Assembly: GCA_964388035.1 (NCBI GenBank) | Contig: CAYLZE010000002.1 | Location: forward strand, 1-64,000 | Direction: 5' to 3' | DNA length: 64,000 nucleotides | Origin: an uncultured archaeon | GTDB taxonomy: Archaea > Asgardarchaeota > Lokiarchaeia > Sigyniarchaeales > SOKP01 | Program-made: the position numbers and the translations under genes | Shown: positions 20,701-31,027 of the stretch, piece after piece | Position numbering within the stretch: position 1 is the stretch's first letter | How the letters are laid out: each line of letters begins with the position of its first letter | Notes under the pieces: model-generated | Told to the model about the DNA's origin: nothing | Seen by the model: the letters and a program-made list of their open reading frames with translations, nothing else | The model's database searches: none

Positions 20701-23700
20701 TTGGAGGAGTTAAGTAATTTGATTCAAAATTTTGACCCTATATTTAGAAATATATTCGATAAAATGGAACAACTTATTTATATCTCTGATCCTAATAATT
20801 ATGAAATTTTATATACTAATGATGCAGTGAATAATCTTTTCGGCGAAAGGTTAGAGGGAAAAAAATGCTATGAAATTTTCCAAGATTTAAAATCTCCTTG
20901 TTCTTTTTGTACAAATCATATTTTGTTTGGAGAGGAAGTCACATCTCCTCACGTTTGGGAGTATCATAATAAAAAAATTAATAGATGGTATCGCTGTATC
21001 GACCAAGCAGTTAAATGGGATGATAAGCGCATGGTTCGATTTGAAATGGCTGTCGATATCACGGATCAAAAGCAAATTGAGCTAGAATTAGAAAGAACTA
21101 AGATGCAATACGATTCTATTTTAGCAAGCATTAAAGATCCGATCTTGGTATTATCTTTAGAAAACGAGATCTTATATGCAAATAATAATGCCTTGGAATT
21201 ATTTGGAAAGGATATAGTTGGGAAAAAATGCCATAAGATTATAAAAGGTATTGATGATGCATGCAAATTATGTCCCGTTCCCAGATTTTTAAACCAAGAA
21301 ATTTGCTCCTATCGACTTCAGCAATGTGTTAAATTACCTGGTGTTGAAGACATTCACTTTTTTGATATAAAAATTTCGAAATTGGAAGTTTATGATGGAA
21401 AAAGTGCAATTATAGAAGTTCTACGAGATGTTACAAAACAACACCAATTAACCGGACAATTAAAAAATTCAGAAGCTGATTTAAAGCAACTGTCAACGGA
21501 ATTTGAAACAATTATCGATAGCATGCCAAAATTAGTTTTCTACAAGGATGATAAAAATAATTTCGTGAGGGTCAATAAATACACTGCTGATGCTTACAGT
21601 TTATCAAAAAAAGAATTAGAAGGAAAGAGCCTTTTTGAATTGTATCCTAAAGAGCAAGCTGATGCCTATTGGAAAGATGATTTAGAAGTAATTAACAGCG
21701 GTAAGCCTAAAATCAACATTATCGAGCCTAGGAACACTGATAAAGGTAAAGCTTGGGTGAGTACGAGTAAAATTCCTTTTATTAATAAGGAAGGTAAAAT
21801 TGTTGGCATAATTGGCGTCTCAATGGATATTACCGAACAGAAGGAAGCTGAGTTGACAATTTCTCGACAGGCTCACATTTTGGAAGCGATTAATATCATA
21901 TTCAAAACTGCTCTCACTGTAGAGATGGAAGATGAGTTAGCTAAGAAATGTTTGGAAGTTGTAGAAAACCTAACAGGAGCAAAATTTGGATTCTTTGGAG
22001 AGTTAAATAAGAACGGTAAATTTGACACAATTGCTATAAGTAATCCGGGATGGGATGCTTGTAAAATGCCTGATACTAAAGCAACATTATTATTAAAAAA
22101 TATGGAGCTAAGAGGAATATGGAGTACAATTCTGAAAGATGAAAAATCATATATTTTTAATCAACCAAATACACATCCATCATCAGTCGGAGTTCCAGAA
22201 AGTCATCCTCCCATTTCATCATTTCTAGGTGTTCCCTTAAAACAATTTGGGAAAACATTTGGAATGATAGGGGTTGCAAATAAAGAAGGGGGGTTTACCA
22301 AATTCAATCAAGAAGCAATTGAACAGTTATCCATCGCTATCGTAGAAACATTAATGCGAAAGCGGGCAGAAATCGAGCTTGAAAAACATCGAAAACACCT
22401 TGAATATTTAGTCAATGAACGTATTAAAGAATTAAAGTGTATCTATAACATATCCGAATTAATTGAAAAACAAGGCTCATCAATTGATCACGTATTAAAA
22501 GAACTAATCTCTATCATTCCGGCGGGATATCAATTTCCAGAAATAACAGGCGTTAGAATAATTTATGAGAGTGAGGAGTATAAGACGGACAATTTTGAAA
22601 AAACCAAATGGTGTCAGGAAAGTAATATAGTAGTAGAAAAGAAGATTGTTGGTAATATTGAAGTGTGTTATTTGGAAGAAAAGCCTGTTTTTGATGAAGG
22701 TCCTTTTCTAAATGAAGAAAGAGATTTGATTAAAACAATCTCTGATTTTTTAGGAAGATATATTCAAAGAGAAATTATTCAAACTCAATTAATCAATAGT
22801 GAGAAGTATATCAGGGAAATCACCTCAAACGTTCCAGGAATAATATTTCAATATGAAATTGATACCGCTGGGAAAGAAAAGTTTAACTTTCTAAGTGATG
22901 GCATAAAAAAGTTAATGGAATTAGAATCTGAAGCTATTTTAAGTGATGGTAGTGCAATTTGGGAAATTTGTTTAAAAGGATACTTGCCAGATTTGCGTGA
23001 AAAGATTAAAAAATCTCGAATTGAATTAGTTCCATGGAAAGCCGAGTATCAAATAAAAACACCAATCACGGGAACAACTAAATGGGTTGAAGGAAGGGGA
23101 ATCCCAAAAAGATTAATTAGCGGAGAAACGATTTGGAACGGGTGGATACGTGATATTGCAGATCAGAAGAATTCAGAATTAATTCTAAAAAATACTATGG
23201 AACAATTAAAAAAATCAAATGAGGAATTGGAACAATTCGCCTATGTCGCATCCCACGATCTACAGGAACCATTGCGAATGGTTTCTAGCTTCACTCAGTT
23301 ATTGCAAAGACGATATGCGGATAAATTGGATAAAGATGCAAACGAATTTATAAATTTTGCAGTAGATGGAGCAACTAGAATGCAGAGTTTAATTAGTGAT
23401 TTGCTGATCTACTCCCGTGTTGGTACTAGAGGGAATCCATTTAAGCGCACGGATATGAACGTGATTTTAGAAGATGTTTTACTGAATTTAAAAAGTGCTA
23501 TTGAAGAGACAAGAGCGAATATTACCAATGATCCTTTACCCATTATAAAAGCAGATGAATCTCAAATGATCCAACTCATGCAAAATTTACTTTCAAATGC
23601 TATCAAATTTCATGGAATAGAATCGCCAAAGATATATGTATCCGCTGAAATTAAACAAGATAAATTCATTTTTTCCGTTAAGGATAATGGGATAGGAATA

Positions 23701-23892
23701 GAATCACAATATTTTGAACGTATTTTTATAATCTTTCAAAGACTCCATAAAAAGGGAGAATATGAGGGTACAGGGATAGGATTATCAGTTTGTAAAAAAA
23801 TTGTTCAACGACATAAAGGAGAAATTTGGTTGGAGTCTGAACTTGGAAAGGGAACAACATTTTATTTTTCAATCCCCAGAAATATCAATTAA
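20701..23892 (+). CDS. Multi-PAS/GAF histidine kinase, Cph1/BphP-type kinase core
   Basis: FAYVASHDLQEPLRMV, FIIFQRLH, GTGIGL; four PAS domains plus GAF. Confidence 0.95.
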   Translation: MEELSNLIQNFDPIFRNIFDKMEQLIYISDPNNYEILYTNDAVNNLFGERLEGKKCYEIFQDLKSPCSFCTNHILFGEEVTSPHVWEYHNKKINRWYRCIDQAVKWDDKRMVRFEMAVDITDQKQIELELERTKMQYDSILASIKDPILVLSLENEILYANNNALELFGKDIVGKKCHKIIKGIDDACKLCPVPRFLNQEICSYRLQQCVKLPGVEDIHFFDIKISKLEVYDGKSAIIEVLRDVTKQHQLTGQLKNSEADLKQLSTEFETIIDSMPKLVFYKDDKNNFVRVNKYTADAYSLSKKELEGKSLFELYPKEQADAYWKDDLEVINSGKPKINIIEPRNTDKGKAWVSTSKIPFINKEGKIVGIIGVSMDITEQKEAELTISRQAHILEAINIIFKTALTVEMEDELAKKCLEVVENLTGAKFGFFGELNKNGKFDTIAISNPGWDACKMPDTKATLLLKNMELRGIWSTILKDEKSYIFNQPNTHPSSVGVPESHPPISSFLGVPLKQFGKTFGMIGVANKEGGFTKFNQEAIEQLSIAIVETLMRKRAEIELEKHRKHLEYLVNERIKELKCIYNISELIEKQGSSIDHVLKELISIIPAGYQFPEITGVRIIYESEEYKTDNFEKTKWCQESNIVVEKKIVGNIEVCYLEEKPVFDEGPFLNEERDLIKTISDFLGRYIQREIIQTQLINSEKYIREITSNVPGIIFQYEIDTAGKEKFNFLSDGIKKLMELESEAILSDGSAIWEICLKGYLPDLREKIKKSRIELVPWKAEYQIKTPITGTTKWVEGRGIPKRLISGETIWNGWIRDIADQKNSELILKNTMEQLKKSNEELEQFAYVASHDLQEPLRMVSSFTQLLQRRYADKLDKDANEFINFAVDGATRMQSLISDLLIYSRVGTRGNPFKRTDMNVILEDVLLNLKSAIEETRANITNDPLPIIKADESQMIQLMQNLLSNAIKFHGIESPKIYVSAEIKQDKFIFSVKDNGIGIESQYFERIFIIFQRLHKKGEYEGTGIGLSVCKKIVQRHKGEIWLESELGKGTTFYFSIPRNIN

Positions 23893-23949
23893 TCGATTTT
23901 TTAAATTGTAATAAAAATAATAAAAATAATATAAAAAAAATAGAAAACT

Positions 23950-24414
23950 GTGAAAAAAATGGATAAAAATATAAGTATAAAACCTGTTGAGATCTTATTA
24001 ATCGAAGATAATCCGGGAGATGTACGATTAACTGTTGAAGCTTTAAAAGAAGGCAAGATCCTTAATAATTTAAATGTTGTATATGATGGAGTGGAAGCCA
24101 TGGAATATTTAAAAAGAGAGAGAGAATTCAAGGATAAACCCCGTCCAGAATTAATAATTTTAGACCTTAATTTACCTAAAAAAGATGGACGTGAAGTATT
24201 AGAAGAGATTAAGCAAGATGATAAACTAAAACGGATACCCGTGGTAATTTTAACCACATCAGAAGCAGATAGAGATATATTAAAGACGTATAATCTTCAC
24301 GCAAATTGTTACATTACTAAACCAGTGGATATGGACCAATTTATAAAGGTAGTGAAGTCTGTTTCGGATTTATGGTTCAGTATTGTAAAATTACCCCCTA
24401 ATGGACAGGGATAA
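23950..24414 (+). CDS. Single-domain response regulator, Rcp1-like
   Basis: IEDNPGD, ILDLNLPKKDG, LTTS, ANCYITKP; adjacent to the Cph1-type kinase. Confidence 0.95.
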   Translation: MKKMDKNISIKPVEILLIEDNPGDVRLTVEALKEGKILNNLNVVYDGVEAMEYLKREREFKDKPRPELIILDLNLPKKDGREVLEEIKQDDKLKRIPVVILTTSEADRDILKTYNLHANCYITKPVDMDQFIKVVKSVSDLWFSIVKLPPNGQG

Positions 24415-24473
24415 GAAAGATTTAGCTGTAAAAAAGTTATACGTATAATAACGATTAAAATGAGGAGGATAAG

Positions 24474-25667
24474 ATGGAAGATATTAAAGGAGTAATTGAG
24501 AAAAATATTGAAAATGCTAATAATAATATACTGCAAAGAGAGATTGAGATCCTCATGATTGAAGATAATCTTGGAGATGTTCGATTAATTGAAGAAATGT
24601 TAAATATTAAAATACAAAAGCAATTTAGAATTACAAATTCGTTTTCCTTAAATGAAGGGATAACATTATTAAACAAAGGAGGTTTCGATATCCTCTTTTT
24701 AGATTTGTCTTTACCCGATAGTCAAGGATTAGAATCACTTAAACTCATTTATAATAATAATATTGACCTTCCAATTATTATTCTTACCGGTATAGATGAT
24801 GAAGTTACCGCTATAAAGGCGGTCCAAATGGGTGCTCAAGATTACATCGTAAAAGGATCTGTTAATTCTAAGCTACTAGAACGATTTATATTTCATTCTA
24901 TTGAAAGGTTTCAGATAGAAAGAAAATTAAAGGAATCAAAAGAGGAACTGCAAAATGCATTTAAAAAGACAGAATTCTTAAAGGACATATTATCACATGA
25001 TATTAACAATATATTTCAAAATATCTTATGTGCTACTGAAATAATTAAAAAAATCTTAACGAAAGCTAATAATGAGCTTGACATATCTGATTTTTTACAT
25101 CATATTGAAGAAGTTATTGATAAGGGGGCCAAGCTAATCTCTAATACAAAATTGATTTCTCAAATAAAAAATGAAAGTTTAGAATCAAATCAAATAAATA
25201 TTTTAGAAACCTTAGAAAAAGTAATTCAAGAGCTTAAATACGAATTTCCAGAAAAGAGAATAGAAGTTAAATTTTCATTAAAAATTATCACTTCTTTTTT
25301 GAATAGGGACACATTTTTTGATGAAATTTTTTATAATGTTTTGAAAAATGCAATAATACACAATAATAACACAAATGTAGAAATTGAAATAAACACTTTT
25401 GAAATTAAAATTGATAATCTCCCATATATTAGATTAGAATTTATTGATAACGGTATTGGTATTGTGGATTATCGTAAAGAAAGGATTTTCTTAAGAGGCC
25501 TTGATGAGGATGAGAGCATCTACGGCACGGGATTGGGATTATCCGTAGTGAAGCGGATTTTAGACAAGTATCAAGGACAAATTTGGGTTGAAGATAAAGT
25601 TAGTGGAGATTATTCGAAAGGTAGTAAATTTGTAATTGTATTCCCCGAGGTGAAGCAAGATCGTTAG
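24474..25667 (+). CDS. REC-HisKA-HATPase hybrid kinase
   Basis: FLDLSLPD; LSHDINN; KNAIIH; DNGIG; GTGLGL. Confidence 0.93.
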   Translation: MEDIKGVIEKNIENANNNILQREIEILMIEDNLGDVRLIEEMLNIKIQKQFRITNSFSLNEGITLLNKGGFDILFLDLSLPDSQGLESLKLIYNNNIDLPIIILTGIDDEVTAIKAVQMGAQDYIVKGSVNSKLLERFIFHSIERFQIERKLKESKEELQNAFKKTEFLKDILSHDINNIFQNILCATEIIKKILTKANNELDISDFLHHIEEVIDKGAKLISNTKLISQIKNESLESNQINILETLEKVIQELKYEFPEKRIEVKFSLKIITSFLNRDTFFDEIFYNVLKNAIIHNNNTNVEIEINTFEIKIDNLPYIRLEFIDNGIGIVDYRKERIFLRGLDEDESIYGTGLGLSVVKRILDKYQGQIWVEDKVSGDYSKGSKFVIVFPEVKQDR

Positions 25668-26022
25668 TATTTTTATCGTTGAAGACGACGTTTCCATGTG
25701 TAGAATGTATAAGATCCTCTTGGAAATAGAGGGATTTACCGTTTTAGGTTGGGCGAATAATGGGGATGAAGCACTGAAAATGCTTAATTCTGAGGAAATA
25801 AATCCCGATGTCATTCTAATGGATCATAGAATGCCCGTAAGAAATGGGTTTGATACTGCATTAAATTTATTAAAAAACAATAAAAATTTAAAAATTATAT
25901 TTATAAGTGCAGATAATAGCATTAAAGATAAAGCTTTAAAATTGGGAGCACTCCACTTTATTGAAAAACCTTTTCATAATCAGGATTTAATAAAAATAAT
26001 AAATAATATTATTATGGCTTAA
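25660..26022 (+). CDS. Single-domain CheY-like response regulator (probable non-ATG start at 25660)
   Basis: In-frame IVSIFIVEDD lies upstream of the track ATG (25696); LMDHRMP, ISA, KPF. Confidence 0.85.
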   Translation: MVSIFIVEDDVSMCRMYKILLEIEGFTVLGWANNGDEALKMLNSEEINPDVILMDHRMPVRNGFDTALNLLKNNKNLKIIFISADNSIKDKALKLGALHFIEKPFHNQDLIKIINNIIMA

Positions 26023-26233
26023 GTAATTACATCTTAAATCTTTTTAGTAAAAAACTTCTAAATTATTGTAAGAAGAATAGATTATATTCCGTTTTTAAGA
26101 TATTCTATTCTCAATTTAAGGCAACTCTTAGATAAATAATGGAAAGTCAAATTAGAAGGAATTAATATAAAGATATATAACTATGTTTTAACATAATATT
26201 AATTAGTATTTTGTTGAAACAAAAGTTATTAGC

Positions 26234-28795
26234 ATGAATGAACGAAATAGTAAAGGAAAATCTTATAATTATTATGCTATTGGTATTTTACTAATAGAAG
26301 ATAACATAGGAGATGCTAGGATAATAAGCGAATTATTACGAGATGTTAAAGATTTCAATTTTTCCTTGACTCATGTGCAAACATTAAATGAAGGTCTATT
26401 ACTTCTAGAAAAAAGTACATATGATGTAATTCTTCTGGATTTAGGATTACCCGATAGTATTGGATATGAAACCATTTCTAAAGCACGTGAAAAAGCTCAA
26501 AATATCCCAATTGTAATTTTAACAGGATCTGCTGACGAAAAAGTAGAAAGAATAGCGGTCCAATCGGGGATTCAAGATTACTTAATTAAAGGGCAGATTG
26601 AGAGCAGTCCTTTAGCAAAATCGATATATCATGCCATTGATAGGCATAAAATGATAAAAACTATTGAATCCTTAGCCAAAGAAGTGCAGGAAAATGAACG
26701 CAAATTAAATTCCATAATAGAAGGAAATGCAGATGGTATCATTATAGTAGATAATCAAGGATTGATTCAGTTTGTGAATTCTGCAGCGGAAAAGCTTTTG
26801 TCCAAGGGAAAGGAACCATTATTTGGGACTCAATTTAAATTTGTTTTGGAAAAAGGGAAAAAGAAGGAGATAGAAGTGAAAGACATTCATGATAATATTA
26901 ACTATGTCGAGCTTAATATCGCAGAAATTCCATGGGAAGGGCAATTAATGAATCTTATTACTTTAAGAGATATTACGGATCGAAAAAATATAGAAAATAT
27001 AGTTAAAGAATTAGCAAAATTTCCTTCAGAAAATCCCGCTCCAGTTCTAAAGATAGATAGATATAAAGTAATTTATATAAATGAAGCTGGTAGGACTAAT
27101 TATGGTATTGAAATCGGAGACGATATCCCCACTTTTTTAAAAGAAACCGTAATTGAAGTCATTACAAGTGGAGCCACTATAGAAAAAGAGTTGGAGATAA
27201 ATAATAATTATTATTCTTTAATTTTCAAACCTATCGAGGATTCCACTCATATCAATATCTATGGAATGGACATTACAGGAAGAAAAAAAGCAAATATTGC
27301 TTTAAAAGAATCGGAAATAAAATTTCGTAGCTTAATTGAAAATCTAGATTCAGGAATTATTTGCATGGATAAAAAGGGAATTTTTACAATTGTTAATGAG
27401 AAAGCTGCTAGGATTCGTGGCAAAAAACCACAAGATTTTTTGGGAAAATCAATCTTTGAAGTATTTCCTAGGGAAATTGCTGAGCAAGAACAAAATATTA
27501 ATATAGATATATTTAGGAGTGGAAAGGGAATCATTTATGAAGAAACCTTTGATTCACCAGACGGAAATAAAACCTTCTTTGTTAATAAACAACCTCTAAT
27601 GGATGATAAAGGAGAAATCATTGGCATTCAAAATGTGATGCTAGATGTTACTAAAGTTAAGGAATCAGAACAGGAAGTAAAAAAACTCGAAGAAACTCTA
27701 TTTGAATTAAATGCACTCTTAGAACATGCTCCTTTAGCTATTTTTTTAATTGATAAAACAGGTAAAATTTTAAGAGCAAATGAAATAGCTAAAGTTCTAC
27801 TCGAAAGTAATAATGATATACTAAACTATAATATCTATGATTTTTTTAATTCTGATTCTAAAGTTAAAATGATTAAATATTATAAAGAAGATGTTTATAA
27901 TCCTGGAGTTCGGGATAATGTGGAAGCAAAGATTAAAACTATAAGAGGGAATACTATAGATGTTGAAATCTACTCAACAATTATAAAAATTGCGGATAAT
28001 ATCATCATTCAATCTTTTTTTTCCGATATTTCCAAAAGAAAAGCTTTTGAGATGCATAGAGAACAATTATTGGATGAACTAATTACAAATTTAGAATTTA
28101 AGTCCAAATTTCTTGCTACTATATCTCATGAATTAAGGACACCATTAAATGCAATATTGGGATTCTCCGAACTTCTTTTGGAGGGAAGTTATGGAGAGAT
28201 TAATCCCGAGCAAGCAGACTTTTTAAATGATATCCTTTCAGCAGGAAATCATCTATTAAATCTAATTAATTCAATTTTAGATATCTCTAAAATTGATGCG
28301 GGCAAGTTTGAATTAAATATTAAAAGTTCTAATCTAATAAATGTAATTAAAGAAGCTGAAAACATGCTTAGTCCCCTTTTAAGAAAGAAAAATATTGAGA
28401 TTAGTATTAATGGAGTATCTGAAGATGCTACCGTTCCAGTGGATGAATTACGTTTTAAACAAATAATTTTCAACTTGTTATCAAATTCTGTTAAATTTAC
28501 AAATGAAGGGTTCATTAATATAAAGGTAATAGAAAAGAAAAGTTTATGGGAATTTCAAATGAAAGATACTGGCATTGGGATTGCAAAAGAAGATTTTCCT
28601 ATAATTTTCAAAGAATTTGGCAGGATTGAAAATGATACGACTAGAACAATACCAGGAATTGGATTAGGGTTAGCACTTACGAAGCGATTGATAAATCTTC
28701 ATGGGGGCGAAATTTGGTTTGAAAGTGAATTGGGAAAAGGAACCACGTTTTACTTTACAATACCAAAAAATGAATCATGTGCAATAAATAATTGA
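26234..28795 (+). CDS. REC-multi-PAS hybrid histidine kinase
   Basis: LLDLGLPD; several PAS domains; ISHELRTPLN; NSVKFT; GIGLGL. Confidence 0.95.
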   Translation: MNERNSKGKSYNYYAIGILLIEDNIGDARIISELLRDVKDFNFSLTHVQTLNEGLLLLEKSTYDVILLDLGLPDSIGYETISKAREKAQNIPIVILTGSADEKVERIAVQSGIQDYLIKGQIESSPLAKSIYHAIDRHKMIKTIESLAKEVQENERKLNSIIEGNADGIIIVDNQGLIQFVNSAAEKLLSKGKEPLFGTQFKFVLEKGKKKEIEVKDIHDNINYVELNIAEIPWEGQLMNLITLRDITDRKNIENIVKELAKFPSENPAPVLKIDRYKVIYINEAGRTNYGIEIGDDIPTFLKETVIEVITSGATIEKELEINNNYYSLIFKPIEDSTHINIYGMDITGRKKANIALKESEIKFRSLIENLDSGIICMDKKGIFTIVNEKAARIRGKKPQDFLGKSIFEVFPREIAEQEQNINIDIFRSGKGIIYEETFDSPDGNKTFFVNKQPLMDDKGEIIGIQNVMLDVTKVKESEQEVKKLEETLFELNALLEHAPLAIFLIDKTGKILRANEIAKVLLESNNDILNYNIYDFFNSDSKVKMIKYYKEDVYNPGVRDNVEAKIKTIRGNTIDVEIYSTIIKIADNIIIQSFFSDISKRKAFEMHREQLLDELITNLEFKSKFLATISHELRTPLNAILGFSELLLEGSYGEINPEQADFLNDILSAGNHLLNLINSILDISKIDAGKFELNIKSSNLINVIKEAENMLSPLLRKKNIEISINGVSEDATVPVDELRFKQIIFNLLSNSVKFTNEGFINIKVIEKKSLWEFQMKDTGIGIAKEDFPIIFKEFGRIENDTTRTIPGIGLGLALTKRLINLHGGEIWFESELGKGTTFYFTIPKNESCAINN

Positions 28796-28819
28796 AATTC
28801 AATTTAATGCTAAAAATGT

Positions 28820-30859
28820 TTGAATGAATTAAATATAATTTGTGATAATTCAAAAATGTACCAATTAGTTGATATTTTAGCAAATAATGTTAATCAATTA
28901 ATTCAGATTTTGGATAAAGAATTTAGAATTGATTTTATCAATGAAAATATTCACTATAAATTATTAGGATTTAACAAGGAAGAGTTGATTGGTAAAAATT
29001 TCTTCGAAATGGTTGATCCTTCTGTTATATCTCAAGATAAAGAAAAAATATTGGAATTTCTTCAAGAGGGAGAATTTAAAAGTACATTAAAATTACTGAA
29101 TAAAAATAAAGAACCAATATGGATAGATATAAAATCAATTCCTTTTTATAACGAAAAAGGAGAAAAACAAATATTATTAATCGCTAACAAAAGTATACAT
29201 CAAGAGAATGATAGCTCCAAGGATTTTAAAGTTATTAGCGCAAATGAAAAGTTAAAACTCCATGATGAGCCTTTAAAATCCGCTTTAGAAAAATTAAAAT
29301 TAATATACGATTTTGTAAATGATTTTATTGTTGTTTTAAACGAGAAGGGGAAATTCATAGAAATTAATCAAAAAGTCGTGGAATTATTGGGCTATTCCAA
29401 AGAGGAATTGTTAGAGATGAGCCCTATAGACATAAGTATATCTGAAGAAGCTCAATTAGTAGAGGAAAGAATAAAAGATACATTCAAAGATGGTGCAAAT
29501 TTGTTTGAAATAAAACTTTATGATTACAAAAAAAGAATTATCCCCTTAGAATTAAATGCTAAATTACTTCAATTTAATGATGAACCAGCGATCATAGCTG
29601 TTGGGCGAAATATACTTGAAAGAAAACGTATGGAGTCATCAATTAAGGAATCCGAGTTAAAATATCGCTCAATTCTTGAAAATATTAGAGAAGGATATTA
29701 TGAAATTGATATAAATGGTGATTTCACCTTCTTGAATAATTATTTTTCCGAACTGCTAAATTACTCTCCAGAACAATTGTTTCATAAAAATCTTATTGAT
29801 CTTATAGATACACCTTTCAAAAATTTATTTCTTCAGGCTTTAAATTTCGTACGCTTGAAAAAAGCGCATTTAAAAAACGTTCAACTTGAATTAATTAAAG
29901 GGAATGGATATAAAATATATTTAGAAATATCTATCGATCTACGATTGAGTGAAGAGGGAAATGAATTGGGTTTTTTCGGCTTGGTAAGGGATATATCAGA
30001 TCAAAAGAAAACACAAATATTAGAAAGTAAGTTCAAAGAAGAATTAGAGAAAGAAGTAGAACTAAGAACGAAAGAACTTAACCAAGCACTGGAATTACAA
30101 GAGCTATACCTTGACGAATTAGCAAAAAGTTCCCATTTTAAGACTGAATTTTTAGCTACAATGTCTCATGAATTAAGAACTCCTTTAAATGCCATTATTG
30201 GATTCACGGATTTATTATTAGAACAATGCTATGGTGAATTAAATATGGATCAGTTAGAATTTCTTAATGATATTAAGTCATCTGCTGAGCATCAGTTAGA
30301 TATGATAAAAAACATATTAGATATTACGAAAATCGAATCGGGAAAGATGGTGCTAAATTTAAGCACGTTCTCATTAAACACCCTTGTCAATCAAATTCTT
30401 TCAAATTTAAAACCTTTATATTCCAAAAAAAATCTTTATTTAGAAGTGATTGGATTACATGATGAGAGAGAAATTAAAGCAGATCCTATAAAATTCAAAG
30501 AGATCTTGTTTAATCTTTTAAGTAATGCTATTAAATTTACCATAAAGGGAGGGATCACTCTTATTTTTCAACAAAATTCTAATGAGTGGGTTTTTAAGGT
30601 TAAAGATACAGGGATTGGGATTGCAGAAAGTGATCATGACATTATCTTTAAAGAATTTAAAAGAGTTAATAATCCTTATGTGAATTCAATCCAGGGTACG
30701 GGACTAGGATTATCATTGACTAAACGACTAGTTGTTCTTCATGGGGGTACAATCACGTTTGAGAGTGAATTAGGTAAGGGGTCAACTTTTACTTTTACCA
30801 TCCCAAAGTCAGGTAAAAGGAAAAAAGTTAATGTAGAAGATTTTTTAACATTCTTCTAA
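28820..30859 (+). CDS. PAS-PAS-PAS histidine kinase
   Basis: MSHELRTPLN; NAIKFT; GTGLGL. Confidence 0.95.
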   Translation: MNELNIICDNSKMYQLVDILANNVNQLIQILDKEFRIDFINENIHYKLLGFNKEELIGKNFFEMVDPSVISQDKEKILEFLQEGEFKSTLKLLNKNKEPIWIDIKSIPFYNEKGEKQILLIANKSIHQENDSSKDFKVISANEKLKLHDEPLKSALEKLKLIYDFVNDFIVVLNEKGKFIEINQKVVELLGYSKEELLEMSPIDISISEEAQLVEERIKDTFKDGANLFEIKLYDYKKRIIPLELNAKLLQFNDEPAIIAVGRNILERKRMESSIKESELKYRSILENIREGYYEIDINGDFTFLNNYFSELLNYSPEQLFHKNLIDLIDTPFKNLFLQALNFVRLKKAHLKNVQLELIKGNGYKIYLEISIDLRLSEEGNELGFFGLVRDISDQKKTQILESKFKEELEKEVELRTKELNQALELQELYLDELAKSSHFKTEFLATMSHELRTPLNAIIGFTDLLLEQCYGELNMDQLEFLNDIKSSAEHQLDMIKNILDITKIESGKMVLNLSTFSLNTLVNQILSNLKPLYSKKNLYLEVIGLHDEREIKADPIKFKEILFNLLSNAIKFTIKGGITLIFQQNSNEWVFKVKDTGIGIAESDHDIIFKEFKRVNNPYVNSIQGTGLGLSLTKRLVVLHGGTITFESELGKGSTFTFTIPKSGKRKKVNVEDFLTFF

Positions 30860-31027
30860 ATATTAATTTCCAATTATCGATAATTATATTAATATTATTT
30901 TAAATTTCGGGAAGAGAAAATTGGATGATCATTATAACTGACTCAGATTTAAATATTAACAATATATATTATTACTATTATAAGATTTTTCTAAAAAGGA
31001 TAGATTTTAATCCGAAAACAAAAAGAC

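Noticed and set aside
20701-23892. Bacteriophytochrome or light sensor call
   Set aside because: Only the kinase core and Rcp1-like partner are Cph1-type; no PASDIP bilin GAF motif or LOV GxNCRFLQ motif seen
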